A DNA stretch of 64,000 nt from Octopus bimaculoides (taxonomy: Eukaryota), in assembly GCF_001194135.2 (NCBI RefSeq), contig NC_068992.1, positions 52,913,009 to 52,977,008 of the forward strand. The letters run 5' to 3'. Every line of letters starts with the position of its first letter. The first letter of the stretch is position 1. The notes under the pieces are model-generated. The model was not told the DNA's origin and made no database searches. It saw only the letters and a list, made by a program, of their open reading frames with translations. Shown here one piece after another: positions 53,092 through 64,000 of the stretch. The position numbers were made by a program, and so were the translations under genes.

Positions 53092-54792
53092 AACAACAAA
53101 CAAGATGAGGACAAATATCCGTTACGTCAAATGTAACAAATGTAAATAATATATATATATATATACACCCCAAGCACATTTAACCGAAAATGTAGATAAA
53201 CATGTCGCAGCTTTTGTTTTACTTGTGTCTCACTGTTGCAGTTGTTGAGTTTTTCTTGCTGCCAACAATATCAAGCTGCCGACATATATGTTATTACATC
53301 GCTAATGCAATAGAATTAATGTTCACATTTTTGTTGATAGTGTAATCGATTTCACACTCGATATTTCTCAAATATTACTTTCCTTTTGCTTTCTATCTCC
53401 TCTGAAATTTTAATTGAATTTTTTGTAATTATTTAAAAAATTGTTTTGTATTTATTCCCGTCGGCTATCACAATGATAGTAGAAGCCTTCTCTAAATACC
53501 ACCTCTGAAGAAGCTATGTTTCAATCACCTTTTAAATGTATTCCGGGTGAAAATTTTCAATATAAAGTCAATAAAGCAAAACACGACTTTTCTTCCCACA
53601 AGTGTGGAAGAAAACAAGTAATTAAATACAAATTCCCGACTTAGAGGTTTTTGATAAATACAAGACAAAAACTGAAAACATCTATCCAAATCGCAAGTAA
53701 CTATACATCAGGAGCACTGAAAACCGGTCACCTGCTTGTAAGTGATACTGATAATATTAGAAAAAGATAACGATAAAAATAGTTTCAAATTACGGACCAG
53801 AACCAGCATTGTCGGGGTGGGGTTGTCGATTGCGGCGTATCTACTACTTGTAGGATGCTCTATAGTAATGATCACATAAAAAAGATAACTGAAGCTGGTT
53901 AAAGTGGGACTGGATCTCGGAATGTTAAGAGCGTTTTCTTCAAGTGATTAAAAATTTGGTTCGGAGATATCATATACCACGTTTTTCTTTTCATGGAAAT
54001 ATTCATCCATAAAAAAATATGCGCCTGAAACAGCTGCAGTGACCCTACAACCCACCTGTGTTGTTTGTACATATATATATATATATATATATGAGTTGTA
54101 AAGTTTTCGATTTATAATATATGCTTTTTTTACATATTGATTTTAAGGTTTCTAACATAGTAATGTAGAAAATATGCCTACCTAGGTGTTAATTCTGTAT
54201 ACACCATGAAGACGTTACGTTCTTTTTTACCTATACGGTTCATGAACAAATACCAGATATTCTTCAACATCGCTGTAACTTTACTGCTGATAGCTAATTT
54301 AAATCATGTGCAACTTCAAATGGGGACTTGCGGATTTAATTGAAATCTTTACTGTAGGCACCACATTAATTATTAGTGTGTAACATATTCAAGATGTCGA
54401 TTTAATTGGTCTTTAATGTTCATAATACATTTCGCATATAGAAGATTTCCAATGATTAACAAACGAAACAATCATCATACCCCATGGGCGTGATAAACTC
54501 TGATAAATGCCATAGAAACACATTAACCATATATTTATTTATTAAAAGAAATCATTAGCAATTCTTTTTTCCTATACAATCTAGGAATTATCTAAAATAT
54601 TACCTCGCAAAAAATAATGGAATCTATATCAATTGCTAGCTGATTCTTATTCTAATATTCTGATTCTAATAATTATTTCTATATTAAGTACATGACCTAC
54701 TCTTTTGTGATGAGTGTGTTAGCTAATTAAATCTATTCGAAAACGTTACTGTTATTTTCTTTCATCGAATCAGAAAGACTGAAATTGAAATA

Positions 54793-55008
54793 TTTTTTTC
54801 TACTCTAGGTACAAGTCCCGAAATTTTTGGGGAGGCGGCCAGTCGATTAGATCGACTCCAGTACGCAACTAGTACTTAATTTATGGACCCCGAAAGGATG
54901 AAAAGCAATGTCGACCTCTGCAGAATTTGAACTCAGAACGTAAAGACAGACGAGATACCGCTAAGCATTTCGCCCGGCGTGCTAACGTTTCTGCCAGCTC
55001 GCCGCCTT
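54793..55008 (-). mobile_element. SINE family B, full-length best copy
   Basis: Minus strand aaggcggcgagctggcagaaacgttagcacgccgggcgaaatgcttagcggtat...ctgagttcaaattctg (A/B-box-like), tttcatcctttcggggtccataaattaagtac, tail gtacctagagtagaaaaaaa. Confidence 0.92.
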
Positions 55009-56684
55009 ACTGAAATGAAAATATTACCGTAGCAGAATTATTACTCACAACCTAAAGAGCAAAACGAACTACATCAATCAGTTTGTGCGAACCCATTACC
55101 CAATTAAATATAGGTAATAAGTGCCATTGTGTCCCCAAATCACATCTCGCCTAAATATGCAATTAGCAATTGACAATTAGGCTGGACCAAATGCCGAAAT
55201 TCCAGTGATTATTATGGCATTAGTTATTAATATATTGAACTGAAGCATCTGACTTGATGATGCCTTGATGCATTGCCCAGCAAATTCATTGTTTCCTGGG
55301 TCATAAGGGGATAAGCTCAATTTATTTTATTTCCTCTTTGTACTTAAGCCTACCATGCTCTTGAGAATATAATTTAGATAATACTGAAAGTTACCACATC
55401 GAACAAGAACTGGTAATCGCGTGTGGCTAGAGACACGACGATGGAGTAGGCTTAGCAATATGCATTTCCCCATTGTATTAGTATTGACACTTTAAAATAT
55501 TGCGTCTAATTTCTATTGTACTTTTAACTTAATGATGAATTCTTCCGCTAAAATAACTTACCTAAGATGCTCAACCAAAAGACGCAAACTTCAATTCCCA
55601 TTTTCTGAAGACATGCCATCATTGTTGTGGCTTTTGTTGCATAATGTGTTTAACAATTGATTAAACTGATTCATATATATCTAATCAAACATATCTTGTT
55701 TAACCAATATCCCTTGAATGGAGACGTAATAATTAGAAGTACAAAATAGAATTTATTATAATAAAACTGTTAAATTTAGTAATTTGAAGATATTTTACAT
55801 ACTTTTATTATCAGTACTACTGTTTTGTAAGACGGTACTACTTGAATTGGTGTTCTGATTGATATACAAATGCATTCTGATATCTAATAGCAATACTCGC
55901 TCCTGTTATATATAAACGTAAACCTAACGTGAATATTTGTATCGTATTACCTCAACAAATTTGTGAAATTTAGAGATGAAATCTCATGTTATCATTATTC
56001 TGATCATCGTTTGAAAGAATAACAATAGAACTTGATATCATATAGCTGTTTTGGTGAAAAAGACACAAGATGCTATCCGATTAAGGATATATACCAGCTC
56101 AATCAGATTTTTAAACACTGCTTAATTGAGCACATTTCATTCTCAAAATTCCAAAGGTTACTCACGTGGAAATGATAAACAAGATGCTGCAAAGCTAATA
56201 AATAATTTAACATGCGTTGGACTTCTTAATATACGTTTCCTCGTTTTCATTCACTATCGTCCTTACCGAAACTTCATCCCACTCTGATAGCATCCATTAC
56301 ACTAATGTCCAATTGCGGTGTTATTTGCCACGGCTCAAGTTTTCCAAACTAGCTGGTCTGCTGGACTACGATTCATATTACTAAGCGACCGATACATACT
56401 AGAGCAGATGAACTATGTATTGCCTGGTATGTGAATAAGATTACTGTGTCATGCCATTTTCAGATACACGAAGGATAATTAATATTAGTTAATCTTTTAT
56501 TACAAAACAATACATGCATTATATAATTTTCTAAATCCTATAATGCGTGTATTTACAAATATATGTGTGTGTGCGTGTGTATATATATACTGTGTTCGAA
56601 ATATTACCTTGTTGTCTATATAATACGATACATATTCGACGCTTCTGAATTAAAAAGAAAATATGTGTGTGTATATATATATAA

Positions 56685-56716
<32 letters not shown>

Positions 56717-57957
56717 CATGGATGTGTGCATGTATGGATGGGCGGATGGATTGATGGATGGATGGATGGATGGATGGATGGATGGCCGTATGAATGCATA
56801 TGTATATGCATATATGTTTATATATATTGAAATATATTCATAAACTATACCAAGGGTACCTTTATAGTAATTTCGATAAATAAATCGCTAAAAGGTCACG
56901 TGAATCACCCTGTAAAATTCAGGCTGGACTATTCATTATTAGATGATGATTATGAACTCGACGAAAAGAAACAAATGAGGTTTCAAAAAATAATGACCTA
57001 CGTACAGATGTTTACGTACGATTTCGGAACATATAGCACTGAAATGTAACAAATAATTATTTAATTCTCTAGCAACCATCTACACTCAACGCGCATTGTA
57101 TACCATGTATGTATACATTGACCTAATTCAAGTTTAGAATTATATTTACATTAGACCCAGTGTGGTTCCAAAGAACAGCAATTATCCCAATATTTTTAGG
57201 TTGTCTTTAAAGTTATTCACTCATTTGCGTCATTTAATGAATTATAAAATGTGTATTTAAGTCAAAATTTAATCCTTGAAAAAGTCTCGTAAATATATTA
57301 TTAATCAGTTAAGGAGACTATTTCTATAAAGTAAAATGGTCTCAATAGTATACTCTGTCCTTTTATGTTACGATGATCGAAGGAATGATTCAGAATTATA
57401 TCTGTTTAAGTAGATATTAATCAACTTACTGTAAGTCTTTCGTTTACGGAAACGACCTATTTCTCATTGCACTTGGTGATGTGCGTAGACATTTATGAAT
57501 CACAAGGAACACTAAGCATTCAGCTATGGATATTACAATTCATGTAATAAGAGGTTAAAAGCAAATTAACGTACAAGCAACAAGTTTAATGTCTATTTTC
57601 AATAATGGAACTGCAATGGATAATGAATACACTTGATAGATATTGATAAAGAGCCGAGGATTAAACATCTGATCTGAATTAACTTAGACTAAAGTATATA
57701 AATTAACTTTCTTCTTAGTAAGGAATTCAATAGTAGTTAATTATTTTTCGGCTTTATTTTTGCTATATAGAAAAAAATGTCATATTCACATAGATTTTAT
57801 GCATACTCAGAGGCTAATATTTGTAAAAGACGAGATGAATGCTTAGATTGACCTCGCTGATAAGAGATATAAGATAACTAATTACTAGTTATAAAATATC
57901 TACTTGTCATTTATCCCCAAAGTTTCGAGATTCCGTTACAAAAAGTGGCTTCATCAG

Positions 57958-58008
<51 letters not shown>

Positions 58009-58546
58009 TGTTTGTATGCATGTGTATGCGTGTGTGATGATATCTTGAAATCATTTAATACGTAGGCTCCAGGTCAGTGTCAAACATAACAGGCAATGCA
58101 TGCTTTGCATAACACCTTTCTCTGTTACGTCATTTCAGAATATGAAGCAATTGATTCAATTGATGGCAATATTTTAATATATATGGCTACAACTATGATT
58201 ATCGGCAACTAAGTTTGGAGGATTTATATGTACACAAAGGGTGCGAAATAAGGGAGATACACTAAGAGAAAGAAAGAAAGAAAGAAAGAAAGAGAAGTCG
58301 AGGTAGTGGGGAAGGGGAGAAATGAAGATATAGGTGTCTTTAACGGAAATATGGTCATTGTATCTGTTTGAATATTACCTCTAATCCTTAGAATTAATTT
58401 ACAAAGAAACAGATAGATCCATCCCATTTCCTTCACATTTGTATTCACCTATACATGTTAATTTTTTTACCTTTCCATACAAACTCGCTTATCCTCTCTT
58501 TTTCCCACTCTCTTTTCCTCCTCAATTACCTTTTTATCCCCCTTCA

Positions 58547-59128
58547 TTGTGCCCGAAATGGTTGGACACTGCACGAGTGCGTGCAGAACGGTTTCGTCGC
58601 TCTGACTGCAACTCGGGCAAGTCGGTCCGGAGTATTTCGGACCGTGCCTGTCGAGCTTATCCCGAACGGGCAATGCTTCCCAATACCACTGCCAGGCCAG
58701 GGATCTCTGGTGATTGTCCATAGGTCCCGGCCCGAAATTTGTCCTGTACAGGGATGTCAGGTGTTCCTCGTCGACGCCCAGATTCTCACCGAGAACGTCG
58801 TCGCACTCCCCCCCTCCACTAATCCTCCATAGAACGCCTTCGTGGAATTGAAGTCGCAGAAGTTTGGTCGCGGACGACAGAGTTGCTTGAGAGCAAGGCG
58901 GCACTCGTGGTGCCATTTGCCTAGCCTTGGTCTCTGTTTGATCCACGACTGCAGTTCGGCCAAAGAGATGAGCTGCAGGTAAGCGCGCCTCACAAACGGC
59001 GACCACACCTGTCACGGTCGCCTATGAAGCGCCGGAGATGTCGCAGTCTCATCGCATGTCTGCGCATCATCAACCACGGCATGCCCAGCCCTCCATTTAG
59101 AAAGTGTTGACAGCAAATGGATCGCCTA
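58547..59128 (-). mobile_element. L1/Tx1-type LINE ORF2 C-terminal fragment with CCHC zinc knuckle, frameshifted
   Basis: GGLGMPWLMMRRHAMRLRHL; VWSPFVRRA...TKAFYGGLVEG; HQRSLAWQWYWEALPVRDKL.RHG...PTCPSCSQSDETVLHALVQCP (C-x2-C...ET..H...C). Confidence 0.85.
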
Positions 59129-59559
59129 AACTTCGGAACACTTAGACACACATATATGTTTGTACATATATTTGAGGACAGATATTTATGCACATGCTTG
59201 CTCATTTCATTATATCATACTAATTCGTAATTTACCAGTATTTTTAAGGTAAAGCAAGTCTCATTTAGTAATGCAGAATAACGATTTTCTCTCAACTCTG
59301 ATTATGAAATTACTGTAATATTATCTGGAAGAGAATCAACATCAATCTAGCATATACAAACCACACAGCTGGATACGTTTTAGAATCTATAATATGATTG
59401 TTTTAATAAACTGTCGCTCTGGAGTATTTGTGCGTATTGTTATTTGTTCCATTAGAATCAACAATCCAATCCAATCGCCTAATCCGTCCAAGTACATAAA
59501 CAAAGCACACCGATTCCCACCAGTGCGTGCGTATTTCATTTCTATAATTTATCTACATA

Positions 59560-59628
59560 CACACATACGCACACATACACACACACACACACATACATAT
59601 TTATACATAATATATATATATGTATATT

Positions 59629-59708
<80 letters not shown>

Positions 59709-59715
59709 GATATGT
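59560..59715. repeat. (CA)n-(TA)n-(GATA)n compound microsatellite; other (GATA)n at about 9880-9965 and 42719-42790
   Basis: Read directly. Confidence 0.95.
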
Positions 59716-60428
59716 TTTTATTATAGCCACACAGGGCTGAACACAGAAATTGGACGAAATACAAGCGTAGAGTTTTTCATTTTCGAGGNNNNNNNNNNNN
59801 NNNNNNNNNNNNNNNNNNNNNNNNNNNNNNNNNNNNNNNNNNNNNNNNNNNNNNNNNNNNNNNNNNNNNNNNNNNNNNNNNNNNNNNNNNNNNNNNNNNN
59901 NNNNNNNNNNNNNNNNNNNNNNNNNNNNNNNNNNNNNNNNNNNNNNNNNNNNNNNNNNNNNNNNNNNNNNNNNNNNNNNNNNNNNNNNNNNNNNNNNNNN
60001 NNNNNNNNNNNNNNNNNNNNNNNNNNNNNNNNNNNNNNNNNNNNNNNNNNNNNNNNNNNNNNNNNNNNNNNNNNNNNNNNNNNNNNNNNNNNNNNNNNNN
60101 NNNNNNNNNNNNNNNNNNNNNNNNNNNNNNNNNNNNNNNNNNNNNNNNNNNNNNNNNNNNNNNNNNNNNNNNNNNNNNNNNNNNNNNNNNNNNNNNNNNN
60201 NNNNNNNNNNNNNNNNNNNNNNNNNNNNNNNNNNNNNNNNNNNNNNNNNNNNNNNNNNNNNNNNNNNNNNNNNNNNNNNNNNNNNNNNNNNNNNNNNNNN
60301 NNNNNNNNNNNNNNNNNNNNNNNNNNNNNNNNNNNNNNNNNNNNNNNNNNNNNNNNNNNNNNNNNNNNNNNNNNNNNNNNNNNNNNNNNNNNNNNNNNNN
60401 NNNNNNNNNNNNNNNNNNNNNNNNNNNN

Positions 60429-60492
<64 letters not shown>

Positions 60493-60499
60493 CAGAGAC

Positions 60500-60532
<33 letters not shown>

Positions 60533-61875
60533 AACACAGTGTGTGTGTGAGAGAGATAGACGGACAGAAGGGTATGTACAGTGTGTGCATGAATGCGTCT
60601 TGTTATTTGCTTTATAATTCATTATCTTGTTTGCTTCATTGAAATATATGAATTTCTGTACATCATTATTTGTTGTTATTGTTTTGTCTTATTCTTTTTT
60701 TTAACGTTCGGTTTTCACGAGCTGGCTTCATTTAGTAGGTGAATTAGTATCGTTAATTAAATAACAAAATATGAATGAGATACCTTCTATGAGATATAAA
60801 AAAAACGGTATAAAAGTAACATATATCGCCTCTGTCATCACAACCACCAATACCACTCCTGCTGCTACTAATATTAATACGAATGCTACCATCACTACCA
60901 CAACTACCATCTCTACCAACCTACTACTACTACATGTTTTTTTCTTAATTTTGATGGAGATTATATGGTAGGTGATAACGAGAATTGGATGATAGTTCTA
61001 TACACGTGTCCTAGAAGACAGTTTCTTTAGTGCGAGTGCAGGTGTACCACCAATTGATTATATTGACTTCATTATATGATAGTGACTTATTGTAATCGAC
61101 TTCTGTAACTTCAGTCTAGTGAAAATTTTCCCATTTTAAACTCTTGAATGAGCTACTGTATTTTATGACAACTGTAATAACTAATATCTATTTTTGGTAA
61201 TGTGTTCAGTCACAAAAATTAGATCAAATATTTTTTGATAATATTTTAATATTTTCTCATCCTCTCTTTATCACATTCCTCCTTTTTTAAATACTTAGTT
61301 ATATTCAGCTTCTTGTTTGCTGATTTTCTCACTTCTATATTCAAATCTAATGTGATATATTTTTTTCTTCTCCACTCGTAAAAATTGCTTCATTGAAGAG
61401 CTCTCATAAAACTGAAACATATTTTTTGCGTGTTTTACATGGTTTATAAGCCGGAGCTATTCTCATTTGAATATTCAACTTTGTACAAAGTACAAAGATC
61501 CGATTACTTGCTATCTCCATGAATAAATCAAGTACAATGTTTCTACAAACAGTAATATTTGTTTTTCTTTCTTGCGTATAACTGAATAGTTTTCGCTAAT
61601 TCATCCAATCCTAATAATGAATTTCATGTCGCAGGTGTTTCAGAATTCGTTGTGCTTTCAGTATTCCGCATTTCAAATGCGTCATGATATTTGTTTTAAA
61701 TCTTTCTTTGGTAAGAAATATGCTTTGTGGTTACTTCATAGTATAGATGCTAATGTTTATAGCAATAATTCATCACTAAACCCAGCATCTCTATTATAAA
61801 TAACATTCCACACATAACCATCTTCCCTAAAATTCACACATATTGTATATCAGTTTTAATATTCACTCTTCTAAG

Positions 61876-62009
61876 AAGGCCGGTGGCAGTCTTCATGTAA
61901 CTTCAATGTAACATATGATGAACGAGGTCTTGCTGCTTTTAAGATGGTGGGATATGACTTAAGGGGGATTTTTCTACTATTTCTAGCATGTCTCAAGATT
62001 GCATACAAG
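61876..62009 (+). CDS. Candidate 134-nt exon, (E)GRWQSSCNFNVTYDERGLAAFKMVGYDLRGIFLLFLACLKIAYK; no gene recognised
   Basis: cactcttctaag|...TACAAG|gtatat with one open frame. Confidence 0.15.
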
Positions 62010-64000
62010 GTATATTGTTGAATATTTCCCAACGGATTCAACCTTTTAAGGATTATAATCAAAATCTCGTTTCCTCTTACAAGGATAGATTGTGTTTTGT
62101 TTTGAACGTTATTTTATATTGCAGTGTGATTTCCTTGTTGACATGTCAAATTTATATGCAGTTTTAATGTTATATATTCTCTCTGTTGAAAAGCATCTAT
62201 GCTGTCGAAGGCGTTCCGTTTTTGATCTTTTCCACCTGCAGCTTATTTTTCTTTATTCCTTTAAGTCACTGCGGAGATCATTTATAGGTCTTTATATTCA
62301 TGCATCGCCATTCCTACGTCATTGGAAAAATATTGTTTTCCATAGAGAAAAATGGCGTGTTAAAATTTATAGATAACAGGGTTTTATAAATTGTTTATTA
62401 AAAAGAAGATAAAAAAAACAATTCACACATTCTTTTATTTTCAGCGCTATATTAGTCATAACTGAGCTGATCCATGTTGAAAGATGTTCCACTTACTGAA
62501 ATCACACCCATTTTATTGGCGTAAATTATCCCAAGCGGCCTTTATTTTACTCGATGTCGATGTAAATTTTGCGTCAAATTTAACTGCAGCATGTAGCAGG
62601 ATAAGGGAACGTGTACAAGCAAAAATATTGGTGTTTTGTGAGTGGAAGGAATGGAGGGGAGACCTTAATAAGTGAGAGATGGTTTCATTTGTCTGCTTGG
62701 TAAGCTGTAATATTTTAATTCTAACCTTCCAAACTTAATTATTAGGCCTAATTAGAAATTTAATTCTTGGCACAGTTTCCATTACATGCGAATTTCATTG
62801 TGCTTGCAATATTCAGTAATCTAAGGTACGAATTGTCTATTCACTCCTGTATTTAGTTCTTTCTTGTTCTCCCCTTCAATTTCAATGTATTTTCTTTCCA
62901 GAGAATTTCTGTAAGATGATCTTATAGGAAAGCTTATTATTTACTTTATATCTCCGATTCCACTGGAAAGAACATCTATAAATTATTTCTTTCTACAAGT
63001 ATATATTCGACATTGTTATTTATATATTTCGCCACTCAGTACATTTCATCAAATTTGGATTTCCAAATTATACTAGATTTTAGATAGATTCTTTGTTCTT
63101 CACACCCGATTTTCTTTTTATATTTCACTAAATAAACATCGGTACTATGTTCTTTCTTGTACTTGCGTAGTATATAATCACATGCTTGCATTTGTTAGCG
63201 CTGTTATTCGTCTGCTCAAGTTCCATTAATTGACGGTAATATATATTACAGCAGTGCTCATTTCACATTTAAAATTCTCTGACATATTTTCTCCCATTAT
63301 GCAAAAAGATAGATTGTTACGCAATGTCAGGATGGCTAACTAGTTACCTATGCTTCATGTGATGTAAGATTTGGCTTACTATTGCACGTGCCTTTATTGT
63401 CTATACCTGGGTCAAGTTTTGATGAAATTTTACTCTCACATTTGGCACGGAGCACAATCCATTTTTTTTTTGTATAAATGTATTTCGCTTCCACTCACTG
63501 GAAGGTATACGCACACGGTCTAATTGTATTATTATTCACAAATTCCAGACATAGTTTTTTTATCGTTTTGATGGTTATTTTTAGTTTCTGTTTGAATTGT
63601 GTTCGATCAGTATACACGACTTTGTACTGATAACAACTTTATACTCATTAGATTGTTTCACACACAAATTTTATGATTCAATTTGTTCTTTTGTGATATA
63701 TTATTTTCAATTAAGTTTGAAGCTTTGCGTATGTGTTAATGAGTAGGCTTTCACTAACATTTGTAGTGGTTGCGCAATCGATGTAAGTTGCCCTAGTATT
63801 TTCTTTCGACATTATCATTTCATTGGGTGTTTATTTTATGTCTGTATATTTCGCTTTTGCGCATTGTCTGTTCTTTTGTGCGTGCAGCTTTGTTGTCTTT
63901 CTATGTTTGGCCTTGGAGACCTGATCATTATTCGGTCAGATCTTTTTCCATTAATTTGCGTAGAATTACCGAATGTTTCCTGCTTGCACTACTTTTTATG

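Larger units (their letters stand above)
52854..53150. mobile_element. Inverted-repeat element: two oppositely oriented PLE-pseudo-LTR-like arms around a tRNA-like core
   Basis: 52854-52952 is the reverse complement of 53047-53150 with few mismatches and one small indel; core gcgggctactagcccc...GAGTTCGATTC (B-box 53003-53013). Confidence 0.75.

Noticed and set aside
56893-56915. Tc1/mariner-like end gtgaatcaccctgta
   Set aside because: No partner end or coding remnant nearby.

Overview
AT-rich, microsatellite-dense eukaryotic DNA from a short-read assembly, with 17 N-gaps, nearly all abutting microsatellites. The repeat families match my recollection of octopus (Octopus-like cephalopod) repeats; this is an inference, not a database result. 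No host gene, rRNA or true tRNA can be confidently called, and most ORFs in the supplied track are microsatellite or gap artefacts. What can be supported is a graveyard of transposable elements: two decayed mariner transposons, four R4/Dong-clade LINE fragments (two directly abutting (TAA)n tracts), an L1/Tx1-type LINE fragment, a CR1/L2-group LINE 3' end, two Penelope-like (PLE) fragments (RT thumb and GIY-YIG), a Helentron/HINE-like element with a perfect 12-bp hairpin, and many copies of three tRNA-headed SINE families (called A, B and C here). The most interesting signal is at 52854-53150: a ~100-bp inverted repeat whose two arms each carry a minimal type-I hammerhead ribozyme motif, flanking a tRNA-like B-box core. 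It looks like a tRNA-headed, PLE-tailed non-autonomous retroelement. Second, the CR1/L2-group LINE 3' end shares a covarying 3' stem-loop with SINE family A, which suggests the SINE-LINE partner pair. Several candidate exons are listed at low confidence only.
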